Assembly (NCBI RefSeq): GCF_006345805.1
Contig: NC_043004.1
Coordinates: forward strand, 52,700,001 to 52,764,000
Length of the DNA: 64,000 bases
Direction of reading: 5' to 3'
Origin: Octopus sinensis
Taxonomy: Eukaryota
In this document: in pieces, positions 51,417 to 64,000 of the stretch
How the letters are laid out: the number at the start of each line of letters is the position of its first letter
Position numbering within the stretch: the first letter of the stretch is position 1
Position numbers and translations under genes: made by a program
The notes under the pieces: generated by a model
What the model was told of the DNA's origin: nothing
What the model saw: only the letters and a program-made list of their open reading frames with translations
Databases searched by the model: none

Positions 51417-52621
51417 TTAAGTTGTCCGGAACGTTCTGAGCGTTTATAAGCTCAATCGTTTAACACTTCATTGGACACACCTGAAATGTAACACAGTTCA
51501 AATGTTGGCGTTGCTTTAAGCGGTAATGCATCTCTTTATTCCTTACTAAAAAATAGATTTATGATTCTTTCCGGTTACCATTTATTGACATATGAAATGT
51601 ATAACCCAAAATTTCATATTAGCGTTGAAATGCTTTTCTTTTATAAATGAAAGGAGAAAATGCTGCAAAGACTCGCAAAAACATTTGTAAAGTTTATGGT
51701 GAGTTTAGCAAAAACATTTGTAAGTTTATGGTGAGTTTAGCTTGGAAGATGACAGTCGCAGTGGGAGACCTTCAAAATTGGATGAAGATGGTTTGAAGGC
51801 AAAAACTGAGGAAAACTCAAATATCACGACTAGAGAACTTGCAGAAGAGGTGGAAATATCTAAAAGTATGGATCACGAGGGGCTGCTGAAGCTAGGATAC
51901 ATTTCTCACTATAATGTATGCATACCTCAGAAATTCTCAGAAAAGGATTGCTTCGGTCTATATTCCGTTTGTCACATACTGTTGAAACGGAATGAAAGCA
52001 TATCTTTTTTTAAACAACTTGAGGCAGGAGATGAAATATGGGTTGTGTATGCAGTACGAAAATGATCCTGGAGTCTGCGTAAAGATCCCCCAAAAGAGCA
52101 ACCAAAGTCGAATATCCATGCCAAAAAAGATTTGCTATGCGCTTAGTGGGATCATAAAGGCATTAATTATTATGAACTTCTCCCACAAAACCAGATCATT
52201 GATTCTGATGTGTAATGTCGTCAGCTGACTAATTTGAAAGACTTGAGACCGGAGATTGCCAACAAGAAAGGGGTGTTGTGCCAACAAGACAATTTCCGAC
52301 CACGTGTCTTTGGCTACTCGAATAAAGTGACATGAACTTGGCTAGGGATTCTTACCCTAACCACCATATTCTTCTGATGTTTCGACAGAACTCATTGCAA
52401 GAAAAAACATTCCATGACTTAGATGAAGTCAAAATGCATCTAGATAGCTTTTTTTTCTTCAAAACCAGTTACATTTTATGCTGACGGAATATTTAAATTG
52501 TCTGATAGATGGGCAAATGTCAGTAGTAATAATAGAAATTATTTCAATGAATGAAATTTATAGAAAGGTCAATTATTTATATTGTATATTAAAAAACGGT
52601 CAGACCTTCCAGACAACCTAA
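51417..52621 (+). mobile_element. Mariner (Tc1/mariner) DNA transposon, decayed
   Basis: Imperfect TIRs of about 28 bp: TTAAGTTGTCCGGAACGTTCTGAGCGTTT and AAACGGTCAGACCTTCCAGACAACCTAA followed by TA. Length about 1.2 kb. Confidence 0.9.
51592..52560 (+). pseudogene. Mariner transposase remnant
   Basis: EDDSRSGRPS, TTRELAEE, AGDEIWVVY, QDNFRPH (HDNARPH-like) and HPPYSSD-like motifs. Multiple frameshifts, plus a tandem duplication of about 33 bp near 51675-51741. Confidence 0.88.
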
Positions 52622-52650
52622 TATATGTAGTGCATATATATAGTATATAT

Positions 52651-52702
<52 letters not shown>

Positions 52703-53049
52703 TATTTATACAGAGATAGATAGATAGATAGACCAATTGATAGGTAGGAGCAGATATAAATATAGTTATATATATACACACATACATATGCATGTATGTA
52801 TATGTATGTACATGTATATATATATAATATATATATACATACATATATATATATATATATTCATTTGTGTATGTTTATTATGTAGAGGCATGACATCTAT
52901 TGATCTTTCTCAAATTATGTTCGTATAATAGGTTCTAAATCAATAACTCCATTACCCGTATACAACCAGTACCAAAAACCAACCTACGTCACTTCTTCAG
53001 TCTTCGTTACCACTAGTATCACCATGAGTACTAACTCAACTGCACTGTA

Positions 53050-53423
53050 CATGTACAACCACCACCACCACCGCCACCACCACCACGAGCAGTGATTATA
53101 TGCAGCTATAAACACATTGTCACAGCCACCACGACCACCAACGTCATCATCATCATCGTCGTCGTCGTGGTCGTGGTCGTCGTCGGCCTTGTTATCGATG
53201 TCGTCGTCATCATCATCATATTAGTCACCACTACCACCACTACCACCACTACCTCTACTACCTCTACTGCCTCTATCAATCGCCCATTCATCCTCTGCAG
53301 CGTTTACCACTCCCTCCACATTAAGGAAACAGGAACTACTACAACTACTACTACTACTACTACTACTACTACCATCACTACTCCACCCCCACTACCACCA
53401 CCATAACCAACACCACTACCACT

Positions 53424-53430
<7 letters not shown>
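53050..53430. repeat. (ACC/CTA/CAT/GTC)n compound triplet repeats
   Basis: Direct inspection. Confidence 0.9.
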
Positions 53431-53471
<41 letters not shown>

Positions 53472-53544
53472 GCATATATGTCAGGAATCTATCTATCTAT
53501 GTATCTCTCTCTCACTCTCTCTACACACACACATATATATATAT

Positions 53545-55810
53545 TATATATTCCTGACCCAACTTCTTCTCGAGCCAACAAAGTGTCACAAATACACCTT
53601 TGACCTAGTGTTCAGTAAACACACTGACACTATCCTCAATATTTCAATGGAAAAGATACCACTACTCTCAGACCATGACATGGTTCTCTGCGATCTGAGA
53701 TTCTACCACACAAAGATCAAATCCAGTGACATCTCTCCAGCCCATCCATTTAACACAAAGGATCTTCATAACAAAGACTGGGATGCGATCAATCATGATC
53801 TTTCACAAGTTGATTTGGCTTTCACGCACCCTCCCAACAACATAAACACACCAGTGCAGACATTTGTAGATACTATAAAAATATATCCACAAAACATTCT
53901 CCATTAAGATCAGTATACAAATCTAAGTGCAGAATCCCTAGAAATAGAGAAGCAATTAATAAAAAAATAAAAAGAAGAAAATCAACCAGGCTAAATACTG
54001 CCAGCAGCAACGCACCCATTCGACTGTCATTGTATCACTCCAAAAACACAACCTCCAAAACAGTATGATGACCATCATTAACAAAGAGTAGCTGAGGGGA
54101 GTCCGGCCTTTGAGAAAATAAAACTGAATCTCAAAGTATTCATTTCATCTGCAAAAAGTGTTCTTTTCATATGTTGGTCCTACATGATGATGCAAAATCC
54201 ATGTGTGAGATACTGCAGAGACAATACTCTTCTGTTTTTAGTACCGCTAATGCGATTGATCTGGCTAATGTAAATCTTCAACTAACCATATCTGACATAA
54301 ATTTTATGGCTCTTGATATCCTAACAGAAATAAATAATATCAAGCACAACTCGTCATTAAGTCTCGAGGTGATCCCGGTCACTATCCTGAAGATGTGTCG
54401 ACATCAAATTGCAATCCCTCTAGCTAAGCTCTGGAGAAACTCACTTGATGCAGGCTACATTCCTGATTATTTTCTTTCCCAGTCTGTCGTTCCAGTCTTC
54501 AAAAAGGGAAGCAGATCTCTTGCAGTGAACAACCGTCCGACTTTACTCACCTCTCATATCATTAAAGTATTTCGGAGGATGGTGAGATAATGAGTAACTC
54601 ACTTCCTCGAAACCAACAATCTGCTGAACCCCAACCAGCCTGTCGCAGTTTCTGCACCATTTTGATGACATCTTAAAAGCGTTGGGAGAGGCTCCAACAC
54701 TGACGTCATATACCTTGATTTCAGCAAGGCATTTAACAAAGTGGACTACAAAATCCTGCTGAAGAAACTGTCCAAATTTGGTGTCAGTGGAAAGCTGCTG
54801 CAGTGGATAAAGTGTTTCCTGACGACAATAATCCAACATGTTGTGGTTGAGGTTATACGATCCAGCTCAGCCAAAGTCATTAGTGGTGTCCCACAAGGTA
54901 CTGTGTTGGGCCCACTCCATGGTAGACGTCATCAAACATTCTACATTGAAAATCTTTGCAGATGATTCCAAATTCCAGAAAGACGTAAACGGTATGGAAG
55001 ACCGAACATGCCATCAGTCAGATCTGTTTGCTGTTGTCCAATGGGCGGAAAAAAATATGCTTCTAAATGAAAATATGTTTGATTTGATCCACTTCAGAAA
55101 AGAGGATACTCTGAAATTACCATATGCTCTTCCCTCGGGCAACTCCTTAGTGTCGTCTAGCAACATCAGAGACCTTGGAGTAATTGTTGATAACCATCTA
55201 AGCTGGAGATCCCACGTAAACAGTAAGGTTGACTTGGCCCGCAAGATATGCTCCTGGTTTCTGAGAAAATTCCGGTCTAGAAATGCCTACATCATCATCT
55301 TTCTCTACTCTACTTTTGCCCGAACCCACCTTGAATAATGTTGTCCATACGAAACAACTCATTATGAAATTGGAAGGAACTCATTATAAAATTGGAAGCA
55401 CTCCAGAGGTCAACAAGAAAGATAGAAGGCATGAGAGGCATTGACTATTGGGGCCGACTAAAAATATTCAATCTCTACTCTCTCCAACACCACCTGGAGC
55501 GCTACATCATTTGTGTGATGAGGAAACTAATCCATCAATATTGCAGAAAGGATGTTGGCATCAATTTTAAAATTCATCCACGACTTTGCCCCACTGCTAT
55601 GCGCCCACTACAAAAATTGAACTCTGAACACATACCAACATTCCGTCACAATTATTTTAACTCAACAGCTCTCTTTGATACCGCACCAAAACACGTCAAA
55701 GCGGAAACGGATCCTATATAATTCAGAAGTTCACTGGAGAAATTTCTTCAAAAAGTCCCAGACCAATTTCCTACATGCCTGGGCCAATACTGGCCGAAAC
55801 CTATCAAAGT
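53545..55810 (+). mobile_element. 5'-truncated, degenerate CR1-group LINE (end of APE domain plus RT)
   Basis: TFDLVF...SDHDMV, VVPVFKKG...N.RP..LTS, DFSKAF.KVD, LLKKL..FGVSGKLLQWI, SGVPQGTVLGP, FADDSK, RDLGV and RPHLE-like motifs across frameshifts. Confidence 0.92.
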
Positions 55811-55837
55811 ATGTATATAATGTATATAGGTATATCT

Positions 55838-55895
<58 letters not shown>

Positions 55896-56031
55896 CTATA
55901 TATATATATATATATATATATGCATATATATATATATATATTATATATATATATATATGTATATATATATGTTATATATATGTATATATATATATATATG
56001 TTATATATATATGTATATATATATATATATA

Positions 56032-56067
<36 letters not shown>

Positions 56068-56103
56068 ATGCATATATAAAATACAAAGTGGGACAAGAAG
56101 GTA

Positions 56104-56366
56104 TACTCTTTACTCTTTACTCTTTTACTTGTTTCAGTCATTTGACTGCGGCCATGCTGGAGCACCGCCTTTAGTCGAGCAAATCGACCCCGGGACTTAT
56201 TCTTTGTAAGCCCAGTACTTATTCTATCGGTCTCTTTTGCCGAACCACTAAGTGACGGGGACGTAAGCACACCAGCATCGGTTGTTAAGCAATGCTAGGG
56301 GAACAAACACAGACACACAAACACACACATGCATACATATTATATAATATATATATATATATAATA

Positions 56367-56400
<34 letters not shown>

Positions 56401-56405
56401 CATAT

Positions 56406-56437
<32 letters not shown>

Positions 56438-56597
56438 CGACAGGCTTCTCTCAGTTTCTGTCTACCAAATCCACTCACAAGGCATTGGTCGCCCGGGACT
56501 ATAGCAGAAGACACTTGCCCAAGATGCCACGCAGTGGGACTGAACACGGAACCATGTGGTTTGTTAGCAAGCTACTTACCACACAGCCACTCCTACG
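56104..56597 (-). mobile_element. SINE family A with about 130 bp internal microsatellite
   Basis: Reverse complement of the family A consensus, including the (GAGTAAA)n tail. Confidence 0.93.
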
Positions 56598-57649
56598 ACA
56601 AAATAATACTTAATTCAAAATATTTTAAAATTCGCATTTGCCATAAGGAAACATAAAGAAAAAAAATTCTCTGTATATTTAAACTAGAAAATAATTAGAA
56701 AGATAAAAACCATGATGAAGATGAAACAAATAAGAAACAAAAGATAAAATATAAATTGGATTTCCAAAGTATAAGAAAAATTGGAGAGAAAACTACATTA
56801 TGAACTATATGGCCCAAGATTCGAGGATGAGTGAGCTATTGTTAAAATTGAAAATGATTCAAAATGCTTTGTTTTACTTCAGAAACAAATGTTTTGAATT
56901 CAGCTATACATGAGCAACGACTAGACCTAAAGATCTACAAAATAAGATATTGAAACTCAGGCTACGTGAGAGTCTATACCACCTGTTCAAGGAAACGGCT
57001 TGGCACATCATTTTCGGTTGACTCTTTTTGGTCAAGTTATAATGTATTCAAGATCTCATGCCTGCTGTTATGTCTGCTGGGGAATATGATGGTATTTCAA
57101 TGGAAAATCGGATGAGTTGTATAGAAATATACCACCACACGAGAGCAAGATACTTTAGCCAGAAACAGCTGTGATATGCAAGTTCTCACTGAAAAGTTGA
57201 CGAAAACCGTTTATGTACCAAGAACCTGAAAGAAAAGTTGTTCTCTGAAAAGCATTTCGATTCGTCCTTAAAAAATCTTTGGCAGAAGGGTAGTTGAGAA
57301 ACAGTACATATTTAAAAATCTTGAAATTGTAACAAGCAGGTTGTGAAGCGGGAATTTGGAAATATTACGCGTAATACCTGACGCACTAGATTTGATAAAA
57401 ATATAAATTGAAAACATTAAAAGGATATTCTTCACTGATACAGTACACGTCAATAGGTATAAGCTGATTTGTTTCTATAGTTCAAATAAAATAAACGCAA
57501 GCTGAACGCAGCACATACGTTATAAATTATCTAGCTACAGAACAATAAAAATTCACAACATAAACATTCTACGTAATTACCTTTATAATAAAACCAAGAA
57601 AACGCATATTCTATACAATCACATCCAACACCATGACATACCTTGCCTT

Positions 57650-58390
57650 TCATAATTTCGAGGTGGATAAATTAAGTACCAGTGAAACACTGGTGTCGAC
57701 TTAATGGACAAGATTCCTCCTCCAAGTTTAAGACCTTGTGACTATAGTAGAAAGGATTATTTTTATATTACGTAAAGGCGGTGACCTGCCAGAATCGTTA
57801 TCATGCCAGCTAAAATGCTTAGCAGCTTTTCGTCCGACTTTAAGATCTGAGATCAAATTTCGTACGTCTTTGAGTTCTAAGTTCAAATTCCGAGTTCAAG
57901 TACCAGTGAAACACTGGGGTCGACGTAATCGACTAGACCCCTCCCCAACAATTTCAAACATTGTGCCTTTAGCAGTAAGGATTACTTTGTTATTCAATAA
58001 AGGAAGGCAAAGAAATCACAAATATCACCAAATAAATTTTCTCTGCTTGGTAAACATCTCAGCGCCAAAATGTTCGATACCAAATAGATTTTTTATTGCA
58101 TCGGTGGTAATATATCAGATGCTGCACACCGTACCCGTGTATCCTAACTTACATACTTGGTATTATTTCATATTTAAAGGTAGTGAACCGGCAGATTTGT
58201 TTGCACGCAGGCAAAATTCTTAGTGGCATTCTGTTTTGTTTGCTGAATTCAAATTCCACTGAGGTTGACTTTAGCTTTCATCCTTTCGGTGTCGATAAAT
58301 TAAGCGCCAGTGAAATACTGGGGTCGACGTAATTGAACCCTTCCACCAAAATTTCAGGCCTTATGCCTTTAATGGTAAGAATTATTATAT
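57650..58390 (+). mobile_element. Cluster of family B-like SINE copies and fragments
   Basis: AAGGCGGTGACCTGCCAGAA head at about 57775, with repeated AAGTACCAGTGAAACACTGGGGTCGAC modules at about 57675, 57900 and 58305. Confidence 0.75.
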
Positions 58391-59799
58391 ATCATCTAAA
58401 ATTTACTAGTTTTATTATGCAAATCTCTGTATTGTATTCATCCGTATTTTATAGAAATTTTCTAAACAATATTTTTGCAGAATTTCGTTTTCAGAAATTT
58501 CAAATATATTAATATGTAATTCAACTTAAACGCTATTCATTTTTTAACTCACTGCCACTTCCACTCTCCCTCTCCTTCCACTATCATTTCACTCCTACAT
58601 TTTATATAATCCTATTTCTTTCGTAAATTAATTCTCTTTCTTACGAAATTTCTTTTCATTTTGTGCGCCAATTCTTTCTGCTGTCTTTTCATTCGCTGTT
58701 CCTCTCGTGTTTCGTTGCGTTCCCTGTTGATTTATTCATTTCACGATTGCCCAATTCTTTTTCTGCCCTTTTCCCGTTCTTTATCTCACATATTCTTTAC
58801 TTAACTTCTTTTTCGTATTTCAATATAAGGTTTTTCATATCTTTCACTCATATCTTATAACACTAATGTTGCTATGCCAAAACTACTACACCTAAGACTT
58901 GTATTTCATTAACAGAGAACACATTTGAATTTAAACCTTATAAGCATACTAATCTTTTTGAGATAATGATAGATGTATTGATATTAGCTTGCCTAAATTC
59001 TAATGATCAGGAAACTTTGACTGCACACAAATTTTGAGATTAAGCAAAAAAAATCATAGATCGCACCATGGTGTTCACAGAGATGATTGCAAACTTGCAG
59101 TGTAGAGATAATGGTTATATTCTTCAAAATCAAGACCACAACATAAGACTTAATCGATTGTGGGAATACATCTGTAAATCTATTGAATGCATTAAACCAA
59201 ACAGATAAAAATTCCTGCGTACGTGCAAAGAAAAACAAACAAAGGCAATTAACTAAACTATTTGCATTTCTGGAGGCCATTTCACCAGGGAGATTTACCG
59301 GAGAATAATGTTGCTCGCAAAAAATATTCTTGGGCTTATGTTGGCATGTGTTTATGGTGTGGGTTCACACATAGCTTCATGTTCAAAGTAATATATAAGT
59401 GGCACTGCACAATTAATTCTGTGACATAACACCAAACAATCTATGCTCTGTGGTTATATTCATGTAAGTGTATCCACGCTTTGTGAAGTCCGTTTTGATT
59501 TTCTTGTTTTCGTGTGCTGGTATTCTTACGAATGCACATGCGTATATGTATGTATGTATATACGTATGTATATGTAATATATATACATGTATATGCATAT
59601 GTATATGTATGTATATATGTATACATATGTGTATGGATACATGAAAAGCGACATAGTTCAGAAGTAAAATTAAAAACAAGAAGAGCTTCTAAAACTGTGA
59701 AAAGAAAGCGGAGAAACCTTCTAATATTTCAGGCACAAATGCCCATCATGTTTCACAACTGGAGGAGTTTATGTATATCCTGCCATTGAGATTCCAGAA

Positions 59800-59802
59800 G
59801 CA

Positions 59803-59891
<89 letters not shown>

Positions 59892-59955
59892 ACTATCTAT
59901 CTATCTATCTATATAGCTACCTATCTATCTATCTACCTATCTATCTATCTATCTA
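59800..59955. repeat. (ATCT)n microsatellite
   Basis: Direct inspection. Confidence 0.95.
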
Positions 59956-60378
59956 ATTCTCAGTTCATGAGTTTGCGCGTGCTTTACAAAACCTTAGTAC
60001 TACTTTCCCTTGCACTCTCTTTATACATCTATATAAGAACATGCACAGCTTATCTTCGCTTAAACAACAAAATCTATATATATACCGTAATGTTTCAAAT
60101 GCAAATTGTATCGCCTTGAGTCTTATTCTGTGGAAATGCCCATGTTTTACCTGTTGTAATTTAATAAATACATTTATGTTTATGTTACTCTTAGATTTAA
60201 ATTCATGAAAAGTATATTCCAAGTAGTATATAAAATAAGATAAGAAAGTAGAGAGTTAGGGATGTATATTTAAACTATTTGAATCATAGCTTGAAGTTAA
60301 AATTTAAACACAAATATATTTTAAAGAAATAAAAGATATCTTCAAAAACCTACATGTTTCAATTACAAATATATATAT

Positions 60379-60434
<56 letters not shown>

Positions 60435-60435
60435 G

Positions 60436-60466
<31 letters not shown>

Positions 60467-62749
60467 TGTATATATATATTAGAGAGAATGAGGTACTTAA
60501 ATAGTGAAAGCGGCAAGGTCAGGTCAGTGACAGCACTATTGTGTATAAACACTGTAAAACGATGAATACGAACTCACAAAGCAGACACAGATTTGTTCTC
60601 TAGTTATCCTGGCTGAATACACAACGAAATGAAAGTCACAGATGGGTACACTCAATGAACATATTGCAACGCCTCCGTGTATAGACTGCAAATGCAAACG
60701 AATTGCAGATTCCAAGTTAGCTGTAGAATAAACAATAACAACATATGTATTGTGGTTCACTACAGCTCTTTCAGAATCGAAACATATGTAGGTTTTTGGA
60801 GTTCCTTTCGAATTGCTTAAAGATTTATTTGTATTTAAATTTTAACTTCAAACTATAAAGCAAATAAATTAACTTTACATATTCAACTCTGTATTTTCTT
60901 ACCTCATTACTCATATTATTAATTATAATAAACTCTAACACATTGTGGAAATTAAACCAGTGAAATTTTGGATTTATTAATCCCTAGTGAGGACACGTCA
61001 TCCTTGAAATGACTATGTGGATTAAAATCCCCGTCAACAGGCCGTTGTTATTTATAGTGTTATACATTTTCGATATGCAAATTGGGAACTCCTTCATAGA
61101 GTAACTGCTGCATTTGTCGAGTATATAATCAGTTTGGCTGCTTCTTTATCTGGAGACTGTCGGTATAATGTGGGCGCATTTGATGAGACCCCAATAAGGC
61201 TCAAAATTCGATTTAAAGTTGTTCAATTTTTTTTCAGTCTGCAGAGAAATGGCTAAAATTGTACCGTATATAATTATACCATATATTATATGTGTATATG
61301 TATATCAGAGGCAACTCTAGGGCATTAACGCCACTCTGGCTCATAACAGATTTTGCATAGGACACATGTATAAAAGAAGGTAAGAGACTCAATGCACACC
61401 GCAAACTTACATATGCACAGATAATTTAACAGTAAACAGGTTTGCTGCTTCTAACGATTAAAATAAGGCAACGATGCAAAATACAACTGATCTTTACACA
61501 CACACAAGAACAGCTATGAAATAATGAATGTAGAGTGCACAACAAGCAAAACCGATCTGACTGTCGCCTGTACACTTCACAAGACATGTCAGACCTTTTC
61601 AGCCTACCTAGCTCGTTCGTATTAGCCCGCGTTACTGGATAAATTTTCGTTCGTTTAAGAATATTGTAGAAAGGAAACTTTTCATAGATTAGAATTTAAA
61701 TCTTAATCTCTATAGAAATTTATTATATCAAGAAAATATTGAATTTGAATTACTTTTATTTTTGACGATTATAGAAAACAACTCGTGCTGTAATTTCTGA
61801 GCCTGACTGAGGCGCTTGTGAACGATGTCGAAACCACATCTGCTACGAATTACATTTTTTGATACAGCGTGACACTAAGACGATCGACAGACGCTGAAAG
61901 TAAATAAATAAACTGCGACCAGGCTCAACAAAAGGAGGCCTAGTGATCGGCTGAAGTTACATAATTGAAGCCCGTGTTGTCAGAAATTAAATCGGTTTAC
62001 AAATACACGTTCGCTTTACTAAACATATACTGGGGCTAAGCCTGAAGAGTCTGAGTGCCGGAGTCGCCACAATCTTGACTGTAATCTTATTGCATTATCA
62101 AAGTTTAACTTATGATTACATTATATTTGATATCTCTTATTACTTTTCTGCAATGTTTAAAGTATTTTTTCTGATTACTTTATATTTAGCCATTTTATTA
62201 TAATTTGACCTTATAGTTATGCACATTTTAATTCCATATCAGAACAGTTGCTTAAAGTTTCTTACTTTCTGTCTTGTTTTACATTTTTTCTACTATAAAT
62301 AATCGCGTTATATCTAAACCATGCAAATGTTATCACTTGTCACCTAAGAACGCGAAAGCACAGACCTTTAATACAAATCCGGTCAAATCAGCTAACGGAA
62401 TTTGTATATCTGCTCATAATGTGCGTGTGTGGCTATATGCAACCGTGTAGGTATATACGCGTGTATATGTGTATGGTTGTGTGTTTCCATATATACATAT
62501 ATACAACCCCAAATTATTATTATTATATATATGTACACATATATACGTATATATATGTGTGTATGTATATATATATGCATACATAGATGTATATATATAT
62601 ATATACATACATAAAGATACACAGATATATACGTATACCCATCTCACTCAATTTGTTTTTCTATTTATGTATCTATTCATGTATGTATGTATCACCCCCT
62701 CTCTTTCACATCTTGAGTTTGTATATATACATACACACACGAGCATGTG

Positions 62750-62845
62750 TGTATAGATGAATATATATATGCATATATACACATATATATCTTCCTATCT
62801 ATCTATCTACATATATATATACATAGATATATACATATATGTATG

Positions 62846-62891
<46 letters not shown>

Positions 62892-63063
62892 CATACATAC
62901 ATATATACATACATACATATATATATATAAATTAACAGAAAGAGATTTAAAATCCAAGTCGGTGAAAGATTTATATATACATACACATATATACGTATAC
63001 ATACACATACACACATACATACATACATACATACATACATACATACATACATACATACATACA

Positions 63064-63095
<32 letters not shown>

Positions 63096-63892
63096 GAAAT
63101 TCAATACTCATATAGAGGTAATTATATACCATCGTCAGTAATACCTGTATGATAAATAATAACTGCAAGAACTATAATAATAGCATATTTTAATGCGAAT
63201 TTGGACGAGTCTGGAAGATATAAAATAAAAGGAATTGTGAAGCTGGGAAGTAAATTGGTGAATCTGAATTCTATGAAAATATTTGTTCTTTTTTGGAAAA
63301 AATATTGCATTTAAGAAATATATGAGGAAATAATGATAGTAGTTATAATAATATGAAAAATAATAATAAAGCAAATCATGGGGATGATAGCAACGTTACT
63401 CATAAAAATATTACAGACAATCCTTGTAATAAAAATAGATGTGTATTGCTGGAGGAAGCAGGCATAGTGGTGGTACTTTTCGTCATAATAATAACTAAAG
63501 AATATAACAATTATAATGTTGGTGAAGCAGATGATGATGGAGATTATGACGAAGGTAGTAATAATAAGAATAACAACGAAACAACAACAGCAATAACACA
63601 GAGAATGAAAATTTATGATATCAATGTCTGGAAAAACGAAATACGCAACATTGATATTTCCCATTTTGTATATACCATCATAATCTATCTATCTATCTAT
63701 CTTTCTGTCTGTCTCTCTGTCTGTCGGTCTGACTGTCTCTCTGTCTAGCTATCTTTCTATATGTGTGTCTGTCTGTGTGCCTGTCTGTCTATATCTCTGT
63801 CTATTTATCTATCCATCTGTTTATCTATCTATCTGTATGTCTGATTGTCTGTCTGCCTGACTTTCTATCTGACTATCTATTTATCTCTCTAA

Positions 63893-63953
<61 letters not shown>

Positions 63954-64000
63954 GAAATATATATATGTATATAAATATATGTATATTATCTATGTATGTA
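62750..64000. repeat. (TA)n, (ACAT)n, (AAT/GAT)n and (GTCT/ATCT)n simple-repeat block
   Basis: Direct inspection. Confidence 0.85.

Noticed and set aside
61800-61860. CUGACUGA...GUC-GAAAC hammerhead-like string
   Set aside because: It has an extra core base, a weak stem II and no valid stem III/NUH geometry. At best it is a very decayed relic.
63110-63140. Minus-strand CUGACGA-U-GGUA...UACC
   Set aside because: GAAA is missing.

Overview
AT-rich, microsatellite-saturated eukaryotic DNA. It is most likely octopus intronic or intergenic sequence; this is an inference from the tRNA-derived SINE families and the repeat landscape. No host protein-coding gene can be called with confidence, and most ORFs in the track are translations of simple repeats. 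Recognisable content: (1) a nearly full-length but inactivated Tx1-clade LINE (1-5012) and two 5'-truncated copies of a related Tx1 subfamily; (2) a Penelope-like element (PLE) 3' fragment encoding a GIY-YIG endonuclease; (3) CR1-type LINE remnants, a decayed mariner and a non-autonomous Helitron; (4) many copies of at least four tRNA-derived SINE families. The most striking unannotated signal is eight hammerhead-ribozyme-like motifs in about five short element families. The elements are 130-700 bp, nearly all abut (TA)n or (TATG)n tracts, and one is physically linked to the GIY-YIG PLE. Other signals: one SINE family shares its 3' tail with the Tx1 LINEs, one Tx1 copy sits inside a (GATA)n tract, and three inverted duplications are associated with microsatellites. 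All calls were made by eye; no alignment, folding or database search was run.
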